Assembly (NCBI GenBank): GCA_046482545.1
Contig: JAWOEX010000035.1
Location: 32,001 to 96,000 of the forward strand
Source of the DNA: Candidatus Thorarchaeota archaeon
GTDB taxonomy: Archaea > Asgardarchaeota > Thorarchaeia > Thorarchaeales > Thorarchaeaceae
Reading direction: 5' to 3'
DNA length: 64,000 bases
A program made the translations under genes and the position numbers. Shown here piece by piece: positions 31,901 to 40,334 of the stretch (positions are counted from its first letter, which is position 1; each line of letters begins with the position of its first letter). The notes below the pieces were generated by a model that searched no databases, was not told the DNA's origin, and saw nothing but the letters and a program-made list of their open reading frames with translations.

Positions 31901-32632
31901 ACGGCCTCGGCGCCTTGAAAAATCGGGGGAAGTCTGAAGGATGCCAGTTATCCTGACCAAATCTCCAGGCCTCGATAAGTCGACAATATCACCCTCCAAT
32001 ATTACATCCACTGATCGTGGCATTTGCCCAGGAGGTAATTCCTCAGGAGATTCTTGAATTCGAACTTTTTGCCAATCTAAGAAACGCGACTTGCTCGGTA
32101 ATAACCTCATTGAGGTTTTCTTTCCGCATACAGTACAGAGGGGAGGTTCGGTATAGCGCCCATCTTCTTGGGTTTGAGGAATTTCTTGTCCACATATCCG
32201 GCATTTGAATACCGCTTCTACAAGAAGGGGCTTCACTTCGCTTGCACGCATCATGAGACCACTTATCTGGATAAGGCGACCGATATGCTTAGATCGTAAA
32301 GCCCTCAAAGCAACATGTTCAGGATAATTCACGATTCTTGCTCTTATCATTCCTGGAGGGAGTCTCTGTACATAGTCAGGGTCTTCTACTCTCAAAACGG
32401 AAATCAGCGCATTGTCAGCTGTTTCTAAGAAAGAAGCAGGATCTTCAGCAGCAAGAACCATGAATACATTATCAAAAGTTGATAAGTCCTCAAAATCAAT
32501 AGTCAGACTCGTTTCATCATTTATACTCATCTGTTGGATTCTCGACCAATATACTAGGTTGCCATGTTCATCCTTGTATGTTCTAAGGAATTCCTCGAAT
32601 CGATCCTGTGGACCTTCTTCGTAAGTGGCCAT
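28973..32632 (-). CDS. mcm: MCM replicative helicase (690-aa extein) with one intein
   Basis: Zn finger, GDPGTGKSQ, IDEFDKM, SRFD, ITARQLE. Confidence 0.96.
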   Translation of the reverse strand: MATYEEGPQDRFEEFLRTYKDEHGNLVYWSRIQQMSINDETSLTIDFEDLSTFDNVFMVLAAEDPASFLETADNALISVLRVEDPDYVQRLPPGMIRARIVNYPEHVALRALRSKHIGRLIQISGLMMRASEVKPLLVEAVFKCRICGQEIPQTQEDGRYTEPPLCTVCGKKTSMRLLPSKSRFLDWQKVRIQESPEELPPGQMPRSVDVILEGDIVDLSRPGDLVRITGILQTSPDFSRRRGRLATFNVHIDAVGIEIAEKEYEQVDITEEDENRIRDLAEDPYVHERIYASIAPSIHGHERIKESIALLLFGGVGKTLPDGTRLRGKSNILMIGDPGTGKSQILKFVSSLASRSLYTSGKGTSAAGLTAAVVHDTDTGAMTLEAGALVLADQGIACIDEFDKMDPNDRTAIHEAMEQHSYHPSTEITLANGTLVNIGEFVDKRFEQNHERIVDGVNCEILPLSESIPILSTDFEVLKPININRLSRHKAPDYFYKIRFSNGRSVLVTPEHPMFVYDFGITTVNASQLSVGEFVPSPREVFYEADEISLDVDFDSGHKPVHLPDTITPSLAYFLGYLATEGCSYDGSAAEIGLSNGEPTIISHMIDVIESAFHIEPLDCTEENRTIRIISRSLFDYLESNFTNLMRNSYEKRIPRLLFACPEEIRIAFLNAAFSGNGSIETETCAYSTNSKGLAHDYQNLLLTLGIHTRIHNEEYEYSNGKKSRSRYKVYIRGDSLENFASVIISGNKNDKLKKYRFKLNKLILRSKRTNRKRDNLPGQVANTIKDCLRAMGLNCDGYLYQHIEYDYSINIEVVEDYLKILKENYKELLGLQVGSDVRRLRKLAGYTQSRIAQIAGTTRGTIDYYERGGYSDERRLQALSKLEHGYTFHLRQIKNKIDYLEKLCSFRWLQVKSIEKVPNSGKYKTDWVYDITVEPTRSFISQGLVLHNTVSIAKAGIVATLNARTSILAAANPSLGRYEPSLSVQDNIKLPFTILSRFDLLWILVDTVEAEQDRELAQFILGMHQLKKTKSQEGVPPIDPEFLRKYIGYANRYVIPRLTAEAAEVIENFYVDLRKSAQGGDAPVPITARQLESLVRLAEARAKMGLRSKVTKEDAQAAVRLMEESLRMVALDSITGKIDIDRLVSTMSAAQRSSSDIILKAMKDLESEGSSTISEEALLQRVSEMGLSRERAMEVMEKLIAEGILFNPREGKVKRAQS
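29786..31372 (-). mobile_element. 529-aa intein with LAGLIDADG homing endonuclease and inserted XRE-HTH
   Basis: AMEQH|SYHPSTEI...VTPEHP...VYDITV...VLHN|TVSIAKAG; LGYLATEG and FLNAAFSGNG blocks; AT-richer than the flanks. Confidence 0.92.
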
Positions 32633-32731
32633 TAAGTCTTACCTCTATTGTATTACGTGTTATGGATGGAACTGGATTTGCAGCTGCTCCGCATTACGCT
32701 AATCATGCGTTTCTGTATTTAAGCACCCGTG

Positions 32732-33298
32732 TTAGTCGCTCCACTCTCTAACCGACCGTCTCCAAGCAGATATTAGATCTACTAATTGTTCACAAAGCCA
32801 TCTTTCTTCCATTGTCATTTGATTCCGTTTATCTTGGTATGCACCGGATTTAGCCACCCGAATTATCTTGGAAAGTCTGGTCTCTATCAATGAGGGAATC
32901 ATGCGCTCCATTTTTTCAATTTCATCAAAACTGCGAGGATCCAATGATGTCTTATCGCTCTGAAGACGTGTCATTTTCCGTTCAAGTGCCGCGTAGAGAT
33001 GCGGATGAAACGATTGTAGTTTGTACGGATGCCTATCTTCCGCACGGTATTGGTTTTGAAGCCGTCTAACAGACTCTAATGCATCTTCTGGCGCGATATC
33101 AACGATATCGGTTGAAACCAGTTCTTCAATTATCCAATTGGGGAGGCTGGCTTCTTCACCCGCCCTGAATGGTCCAATCTGGCTATCGCCAATTGTGATT
33201 TTTTGGAAATCCTGACGAAAGATACATCTACGGCTCGCATTAAGAAAGAGTATCAAATACCTCTGTACCATTCTCCTAGTAGTATCATCGGTAGTCAT
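32732..33298 (-). CDS. GINS subunit (Gins23/Psf2-like)
   Basis: N-terminal B domain IGPF..G...LPNW, RLSKIIR.A, MTMEE; directly upstream of mcm. Confidence 0.8.
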   Translation of the reverse strand: MTTDDTTRRMVQRYLILFLNASRRCIFRQDFQKITIGDSQIGPFRAGEEASLPNWIIEELVSTDIVDIAPEDALESVRRLQNQYRAEDRHPYKLQSFHPHLYAALERKMTRLQSDKTSLDPRSFDEIEKMERMIPSLIETRLSKIIRVAKSGAYQDKRNQMTMEERWLCEQLVDLISAWRRSVREWSD

Positions 33299-33555
33299 AT
33301 TGCTTCACACAGAGGAACACACAATCATATCTTTTCACATAGAGGGATAAAGCCATCGTTCTCGCGATGGCTTTAAGTTGGGTAAATTCATCAAGGATAA
33401 TGGGTGGAACTGAGGTCCTTCCGGTTGAATGTGCACTGTAGAAAACAATAAACCAAAAAGCAAGATGAGAATCCGTAATCAGGGCTAAGGATTCGAATAC
33501 GACGTGAGATAGTGTTACCATGCTGTGAGTTTGGTTTCACCACCAAGGAGACAAT

Positions 33556-34521
33556 ATGATGGAGCTTGACCTTTGGACTGAGAAATATCGCCCACAGACG
33601 CTTTCCGAAATCATAGGGCAGAAATCGGTTGTAGAACGACTAATGCGATTCGTTGAGAATGGGGCAGTACCCCATTGCCTTTTTGCAGGACCACCTGGAA
33701 CAAGCAAGACTACAGCGGGGATGGCAATGGCTAGAGACTTGTTCGGAGATACCTTTAGCCGTAATTTCATGGAACTCAATGCAAGTGATGAAAGAGGAAT
33801 CGATGTAGTAAGAAATCAAATAAAGAGCTTTGCAAGATCAATACCTTCAGGTGATGCACCTTTCAAAATTCTCGTCCTGGATGAAGCTGATCATCTAACA
33901 GGCGATGCCCAACACGCTCTTAGACGCACAATGGAATCATATGCAGGTTCATGCAGGATGATTTTGATTTGCAATTACTCCAGTCGAATAATACCTCCTA
34001 TTCAGTCAAGATGTGCAGTTTTCAAGTTTTCACCACTAGATGATGAAGCCATCGCAGAGAGATTGGAGTATATTGCAGAAGAAGAGAAAGTCAGTACCGA
34101 AGAAGAAGGGATAGAGGCCATATTGTACTTGGCGAATGGGGACATGCGTGCTGCAATTAATCTCTTACAAGCAGCTTCCTCTACTGGCGAAAAGGTAACA
34201 GCCCCAATTGTTTACAGCATATCAGGTCGCGCGAGTCCAAAAGCAGTCCGTAATCTTCTGAAAATATCATCGGAAGGTAACTATGAGGAAGCAATTGATT
34301 CGATGAAAAGCCTAATCTACGAGAACGGCGTTTCACCAATTGATTTGGTTAGACAGATTCATCGGGAGCTTGTAGGCTTGGGCATGTCTAAGAACAAAAC
34401 AATGTCAACACTGGAGAAGGCAGCGGAGACAGAGTTTCGCATTGCTGAAGGTTCCAGTGGTGAAGTTCAACTTACAGCTTTGCTTGCATATATTGGATTG
34501 GGGAATCATACTGATGAGTAA
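33556..34521 (+). CDS. rfcS: Replication factor C small subunit
   Basis: WTEKYRP, GPPGTSKT, ELNASDERG, DEAD, QSRC. Confidence 0.96.
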   Translation: MMELDLWTEKYRPQTLSEIIGQKSVVERLMRFVENGAVPHCLFAGPPGTSKTTAGMAMARDLFGDTFSRNFMELNASDERGIDVVRNQIKSFARSIPSGDAPFKILVLDEADHLTGDAQHALRRTMESYAGSCRMILICNYSSRIIPPIQSRCAVFKFSPLDDEAIAERLEYIAEEEKVSTEEEGIEAILYLANGDMRAAINLLQAASSTGEKVTAPIVYSISGRASPKAVRNLLKISSEGNYEEAIDSMKSLIYENGVSPIDLVRQIHRELVGLGMSKNKTMSTLEKAAETEFRIAEGSSGEVQLTALLAYIGLGNHTDE

Positions 34522-35737
34522 GGAGAGCTTACCGTGGCCTGAAATGCATAGGCCAAGAACATCTGAAAAACTAGTAGGCAATCGTACAAGTATTAGAAAT
34601 CTGAAAGAATGGATTTTATTGTGGAAGAATAACGTGCCTAGGAAAAGGGGAGCGCTCTTAGTAGGGCCACCTGGTGTAGGCAAGACGGCAGCTGTAGGAG
34701 CTTTAGCTAATGACCTAGATATGGAATTAGTAGAATTTAATGCTAGTGACAAGAGGAATAAATCGAGTATAGAGAAACAAGTTTGGAGAGCCGCTACTCA
34801 ACAGACTATTGATGGTAGACGGCGATTGCTATTGCTGGACGAGGTGGATGGCCTTTCTGGCACCAGCGACAGAGGTGGAATTGGGGCGATTTCGAAGATT
34901 CTTGATGTCTCGGTTCATCCTATAGTAATGACCGCAAATGATCCTCAGAGCCGGAAGTTGAAACGCCTTCGCAAAAAAGCGCTTGTATTGCACTTCAAGC
35001 CCATTGAACCGAAAGATATGCTGGTAGTTCTCAATCGAATATCTTCAGTTCACAGTGGGGAGATAACCAAGAGCTCAATGAAGAAGATTCTGGAAAACTC
35101 TGAAGGGGATCTTAGGGCGGCGATATCAGACCTTGAAACAACTATGAAAGCGGGCGCTGTATCCGGTATTGATGATGTTGCACCAAGAAATGTAAGGCGT
35201 GAGATAGAAGACACACTAAGACGGCTCTTCATGAGTGCCGATTCAAAATCAGCAAGGAGGATTGTATCCCAAGGAGATGTGAATTATGATGACTTGCTGC
35301 TTTGGCTTGAAGAGAACTTGCACCTTCATCTTAGGAAGAAGCGTGAGCTAGAAGCGGGACTTAATGCAGTGTCGAATGCAGACCTTTTTCTGGGACGAAT
35401 AATGCGAGATCAAGAATGGAAACTACTATCGTATGTTTATGATTTCCTTTCAGCAGGGATAGCAGTAAGTCGAACAGAGACGCCATTTAGACGAGTGGAA
35501 TATTCAAGACCCTACTGGCCACTAATGGTCTGGAAAGGTAATAGAAGTCAGAAAAAACACGCGGATATTCTCTCACGAATATCAAATCTTTCAAGAGTAT
35601 CCAGAAGCAGAGTAATGAAAACCCATGGAGAAGCGGTAAGAACGATTCTCAGACGGAATCCAAATAGGGTGAAAGACTTCTCAAACTGGTTAAATGTGAA
35701 AAGTTCTAGTATTCAGAAAATGGCAAATCGCCATTAA
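34514..35737 (+). CDS. rfcL: Replication factor C large subunit
   Basis: PW.E.HRP, GPPGVGKT, EFNASD.R, DEVDG; start re-set to ATG 34514 overlapping the rfcS stop. Confidence 0.92.
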   Translation: MSKESLPWPEMHRPRTSEKLVGNRTSIRNLKEWILLWKNNVPRKRGALLVGPPGVGKTAAVGALANDLDMELVEFNASDKRNKSSIEKQVWRAATQQTIDGRRRLLLLDEVDGLSGTSDRGGIGAISKILDVSVHPIVMTANDPQSRKLKRLRKKALVLHFKPIEPKDMLVVLNRISSVHSGEITKSSMKKILENSEGDLRAAISDLETTMKAGAVSGIDDVAPRNVRREIEDTLRRLFMSADSKSARRIVSQGDVNYDDLLLWLEENLHLHLRKKRELEAGLNAVSNADLFLGRIMRDQEWKLLSYVYDFLSAGIAVSRTETPFRRVEYSRPYWPLMVWKGNRSQKKHADILSRISNLSRVSRSRVMKTHGEAVRTILRRNPNRVKDFSNWLNVKSSSIQKMANRH

Positions 35738-36548
35738 GATGGGCAAGGGTCTTGGTAACCCGGCTAAGCATGTCTTTGTAGTCGCGAATCTTGCCTCCAA
35801 TTCGATGGAGAGCGCTTATGTTTGGATGCATTTCGATTGGTATTACAGATTCCATCAATACGAGGCATTCCGGGGGTGCGGGATGTATGCCTCCAGAAAT
35901 ATACTTACCAGATAACAGTTCACCTACTATTGAAGGTTTTACATTGTGCTGTCCAATTTTAATCAGCAATGTAACGATTTTGCGAACCATTTTCCATAAG
36001 AAGCTTGTTCCCTGTATATCAATAGTGAGTAGACCAGTATGATTTACTACAGCAATATTCAGGACAGTAGATATATTGGTTCGATTGGGATTGGGCTTAG
36101 AAAAGCGTGAGAAATTATGAAGGCCTATCAACTGTTGGGCGGCATGCTGCATCTTTGGTACATCAAGCGGTTTGTTAGTTGACCAGTAGTATCTATAATG
36201 TCGAAAAAGAATATCATAACGTACATTGAAATTTGGTGGTGCTTCTACATGAGCCCAGAGAACTATATCATCAGGAAGTAATCGATTTACTTCTTCAATT
36301 GCCAAATTTTTGTCCGTTTGAATGAGTCCAATTTGGCCTAAGCTATGTACGCCACGATCTGTTCTTCCAGCAAGCTGTATCGTCTTCGTAGTATGGTTTT
36401 CGCCACTCCAATCGGAGAAGGCGTGTATAATTTCGCCTTGGATGGTTGCTAGCTTCGGTTGTATCTGCGAGCCATGGTACCGGTTTCCGAGATAAAAGAT
36501 GCGTACCAAATATCGAGACATTTGACACTCACCAGTCAGGACTGCCAC
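35706..36548 (-). CDS. truA: tRNA pseudouridine(38-40) synthase
   Basis: Y.G..Y.GSQ.QP, AGRTDRGVH, FLWKMVR. Confidence 0.93.
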   Translation of the reverse strand: MAVLTGECQMSRYLVRIFYLGNRYHGSQIQPKLATIQGEIIHAFSDWSGENHTTKTIQLAGRTDRGVHSLGQIGLIQTDKNLAIEEVNRLLPDDIVLWAHVEAPPNFNVRYDILFRHYRYYWSTNKPLDVPKMQHAAQQLIGLHNFSRFSKPNPNRTNISTVLNIAVVNHTGLLTIDIQGTSFLWKMVRKIVTLLIKIGQHNVKPSIVGELLSGKYISGGIHPAPPECLVLMESVIPIEMHPNISALHRIGGKIRDYKDMLSRVTKTLAHLNGDLPFSEY

Positions 36549-36820
36549 AAATCAATGAGATTCTTGATAGAGCGTGCTCTAAGGTCTTCGATTCTATATC
36601 GATATATTTTGATTCTGCCGAAAACTTTCTCTTCTACCAAGTCTGCTTCCATAAGGGCCTCCAAATGAGATTTTGTTGTACTGTGATTCAAGCTAACTCT
36701 TTTACAGAGCTCAGAGATATTTAGTTCCTGAGAGAGCGCGAGTTCCTTGATGATTTTGATTCTACCCTTAGACGAGAATACCTCCTCAATTGGCGGGTCG
36801 GTTTCATCATTAGTAGTCAT
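36536..36820 (-). CDS. ArsR-like winged-helix protein (cdc6-linked)
   Basis: FSSKGRIKI, ELNISEL, HL..L...LVEEK.FGRIKIY. Confidence 0.85.
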   Translation of the reverse strand: MTTNDETDPPIEEVFSSKGRIKIIKELALSQELNISELCKRVSLNHSTTKSHLEALMEADLVEEKVFGRIKIYRYRIEDLRARSIKNLIDLWQS

Positions 36821-36838
36821 AAGAAAGTCATGAGCCCC

Positions 36839-38035
36839 CTATTCATTCAGGAAATCGAGTAAAAATGCTTCTAGCATTCCTGCGGGTACATCTGATAGAC
36901 CAATTAGCGTTGTCTGTCCCCGTTGTCCTTCCCCGGATCGCTTTGTATCAATCACGCCATGTGCATTCAGGTCTTGAACCCACTCCCAAACTTGGGTATG
37001 AGATCGGGGATCTTCATCATACTCTTCACAAACTGTTCGGTACATCTCTTCCACTTCACCCATTGTCACATATGCACTCCGTACTTCCTTCAGTTGGCGC
37101 GCTGCTGCCAGCAGCAAAAGCTTGTTTTGTAGGGGAAGAGTTGAGAAAACCTCCTTTCGTAGCTCCGGATGTGTATCAGCTTTGGCCTTTCGTACGAAAT
37201 CAGGTATCACAACACCAGAACGTTCCGTATCAGCCTGCTTGCCAGCACGCCAGAGAATCTCTATGGCATATCTTGCATCACCACATCCAGAGGCTATGTC
37301 AGAAATGACCTGAAGGGTCTCCTCCATGACAGCATTGTCCTTGAAAGCCATCTCTGATCGCTGACTGATAATGTCATAGAGTGCTTCTGAATTGTACTTC
37401 TCAAAGCGTAGAATATTACGCTGCAAAGTACTAAGTGTACTAGAATCAAAGATGGAGTCATCTAGAGGTATGTCCCGACCAATACCAATTATCGAAAGTC
37501 GTTGGGGAGAATTGAGACGATCGTCATTCAATCGAGTCAAGTCGTAGACTATACTCCCACCTTTTTGGGTTATGAAGTAGTCGAGCTCATCGAGGATAAG
37601 TAGAAGATACCTGTCTTCAGAATCAAGGACATCCATTATTAATTGAAGAAGCTCTTCAGGTGAATGTCCTCTTCGAGGAAATTTTGGCTTGAATTCCTTG
37701 AGAATCCGTAAATAGACCAAGTATTTGCTCTTGTTTACCCTGCAATTCACATGGATTTTGTGTAGATGAATATTTCTTCTTCTTGCAGCACGTATCATTT
37801 GTTCTGCAAAGCGTTTTGCAACGGCCGTCTTTCCTGTACCAACGGGACCTTCAATTATGAATTTGTGACTCGTTTTTCCGGGCGACGTTATCAGGGTTTT
37901 GAAACTACGAGCTAGCCTTCGAAGCTCATTTTCTCGATGAGGGAGGGTCTCTGGTACATAGTCAATCGATAGATATTGCTCCGATTCGAATACTGTATGT
38001 CTACTTAGCTCGTCTTCAACAAAATCTAGCGGCAT
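36839..38035 (-). CDS. cdc6: Orc1/Cdc6 replication initiator
   Basis: DYVPE.LPHRE, GPVGTGKT, LDELD, GDAR.AI, C-terminal winged helix with RGQTT. Confidence 0.95.
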   Translation of the reverse strand: MPLDFVEDELSRHTVFESEQYLSIDYVPETLPHRENELRRLARSFKTLITSPGKTSHKFIIEGPVGTGKTAVAKRFAEQMIRAARRRNIHLHKIHVNCRVNKSKYLVYLRILKEFKPKFPRRGHSPEELLQLIMDVLDSEDRYLLLILDELDYFITQKGGSIVYDLTRLNDDRLNSPQRLSIIGIGRDIPLDDSIFDSSTLSTLQRNILRFEKYNSEALYDIISQRSEMAFKDNAVMEETLQVISDIASGCGDARYAIEILWRAGKQADTERSGVVIPDFVRKAKADTHPELRKEVFSTLPLQNKLLLLAAARQLKEVRSAYVTMGEVEEMYRTVCEEYDEDPRSHTQVWEWVQDLNAHGVIDTKRSGEGQRGQTTLIGLSDVPAGMLEAFLLDFLNE

Positions 38036-38251
38036 TACAGTCAGGAGACGCCGGGGCGCCAGTGCTTAAAAGCATTTTGAAGTTTATACGTTTAATCGTA
38101 TACTGGCATAGGAGGTGGGCGAAAGTATTGGTGGCGAGTTCCTCACTCAAGATCCATATCATCGTCGTACAGACTCATTGGGGTCATAACAGTCATCACT
38201 CGCCTACTAAATGGCAGAGATAACTCCCTTAAAGGTGACGAAGAACGAAAA

Positions 38252-38352
38252 TGGTGCGGCCGCCGGGATTTGAATTCCCGCGGAAAAGCTATTTCCGTCT
38301 CGGGTCGGAAGCTTGGGAAGCTTCAGTCCTAACCATGCTAGACCACGGCCGC
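38252..38352 (-). tRNA. tRNA-Gly(CCC), CCA encoded, with 24-nt BHB intron at 53/54 (intron 38275-38298)
   Basis: Acceptor GCGGCCG/CGGCCGC, anticodon arm GAAGC-TTCCCAA-GCTTC; central helix CCCG/CGGG with AGA and AAT bulges. Confidence 0.92.
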
Positions 38353-38649
38353 CAAAACGGGAAAACTTGGAATCATGATAAAAGCGTATCGAAAAACACC
38401 CGGCAATGGAGATAGATTTGAGGTAACGAGAACCCTACAAATGTAAGATAGAGAATATCAGAATTTGACGTTGAGCCTAGAGAAATAGAAATCTTACAGA
38501 ATCCTAAATAAATCGGTACATAGAAGTGTAGGATTTCTGTAAGATTCCCTGCTACTTCGTGTAGAAGACAGACCATCGTGTATGCACCAATTCGATATCC
38601 TACCCGCATAGTAGGGGTCTAGCCACCTACATTGAGTGTGTAGACTGTG

Positions 38650-39200
38650 TCATGAGCTTGACAGGTCTACAGCCTTCACACCTACCACCCGGTCAACTGG
38701 ACGGGGGGGCTTGATCCCTTTACTCTCTTTGAGCTTCTCGTCGAACATCGGGAACTCCGAGAGGTCAGCCCGACTAGAGAAGTCCTTGACCCTGTTCAAG
38801 ATGACATAAATGGAATGCAACTTCTTTGTATCACTATCATAGAGCTGCCTGCTCTCAATCAAGTAGCCAACATCATAAATGCTCAACCGTATATCATCCA
38901 ATTCCAGCAGTGTTTCCCCGAAATCGGATTCAATAAACCATACTCTCCAGCGAGTGTTGTCTTCTGGATACCGTTTCAAAGTTCTTTCAGGAGTAAAAAC
39001 GAGTTTGAGTTCTTGACCCACAGAGATTTCCAGTAGCTCCTCTGCCATCCGTGGGATGACAATGATTCCTGTCAACACCTTGTTCCTGTGCACAAAGGGC
39101 CTGAGTATGCTCAGACTGAACACACGGTTCTCTGTCTCGACATCGGTATACTCCACATCCTGGCACCTGTCCCATATCAAAATCTCGCCGTCTTCGGTAT
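38650..39200 (-). pseudogene. 3' fragment of an unknown gene, truncated by the TnpB remnant
   Basis: The last ~180 aa of ORF 38650..39414 read as protein-like; its first ~70 codons are the antisense of TnpB. Confidence 0.4.
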
Positions 39201-40274
39201 CGAGAAAGCTGCCTGCACGAGCTTGATTACTCCCCAGAAAGTCCGGGAGATTCGGTACTTCGTGCAGGAAGACAAGGTCGAACGCATCAAGGGGCTCGAT
39301 AATCTCGTCGCACAACTCCAGCATGAAATACATGCCCGGAAAAACAGTGCAAACCTCACGATGACGTAGCAGCAAGGCTACGGAAGCTAAAGGGCAAGCG
39401 CTATCGAGTGGCAAAGGAGTGCGACCGGTTTCTTGTCAGACAGATACTCGATTACATCACCGAGCTGCCTGAGCAATACGCCCTCTAGGTAGCTATCGGC
39501 CGGCTCAAGAACATCCGGCATACTGCTCGACGCGGCAACTACAAGGAGCGCAGGTTCCGGGGTATGATACACTCTTGGGCCTTCGCACGCATCACCAAGA
39601 GTCTCAAGCACAATCTCGAGCAACTTGGCTGGCCGGTTGAAGGTAAGGATGCACGGTTCCAAGTGGTACCGGAGAACTGGACCTCGATTATGTACTGGGA
39701 GTGCGGTAACAAGGGCAGGAGACCAAGGCAGGACCGCTTTACTGTCCGAGCTGTGGCAACCGGTGCAATGCAAACAGGAACGGGTCTATCAACATCGTAG
39801 GACGCCTCATTACGCTCACTTCATCTTTGTATGACCTGAAAGGAATAGGCAAGTGGGCTAGCGCAGTAGCGCGACGCGCTCGGCCGAAAGCCCGAGGAAC
39901 GTCTTCGACTTCTCGACGGAAGTCCTTACTTTCCAAACAAGTATATCATCAGGCTCTGGAGAGTCCGCGGCTGTTCACTATGTCCAGATGGACCTCCTCA
40001 GCTACGGCGACTGAGTTGAGGTAGGGAATCATGACCACGCCGTGGTAAAAACTGTGGAAGACCTCGCTGTTGCTAGGAGTGATGACCCGGAATGATGACA
40101 GGAGAAAGAAGGCAGGACCGCGGGAGGAATCCCATTCCGATGAACGTGGACAGAGCCTCAGCTGACCCGAGGGGCCATTGGGTAGCCTTGGGGGCGGTGA
40201 CGCTGGCAGGAGAAGGGTGGAACACAGAGGTTTCCTCAGTTGGATTCACTCACTCAACTGGAAGAACGGGTTAT
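39197..40274 (+). mobile_element. tnpB: Decayed TnpB (IS200/IS605- or IS607-type) element: RuvC half plus right end
   Basis: Across frameshifts (~39350, ~39740) and a TAG (39486): GIEKAAC..., VAIGRLKNI, HSWAFARI, VPENWTSIMYWECG, YCPSCG, NANRNGSINI; then the conserved right-end repeat ending GGTTAT. Confidence 0.85.
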
Positions 40275-40334
40275 GGCCAACATGTGAAGCCTTATGTGGC
40301 CCACATATTAAACCACTTTTTGGGTGTCCAAATA

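Noticed and set aside
38036-38650. Replication origin adjacent to cdc6
   Set aside because: No ORB-like TTCCAxTGGAAA + G-string found by eye on either strand; only short hairpins.
38353-40274. Integrated element using tRNA-Gly as attachment site
   Set aside because: The region is on the 5' side of the tRNA; no integrase and no duplicated tRNA end were seen.
40092-40334. 81-aa N-terminal extension of KorA
   Set aside because: It is translated IS right-end sequence; family similarity starts at Met 40335.
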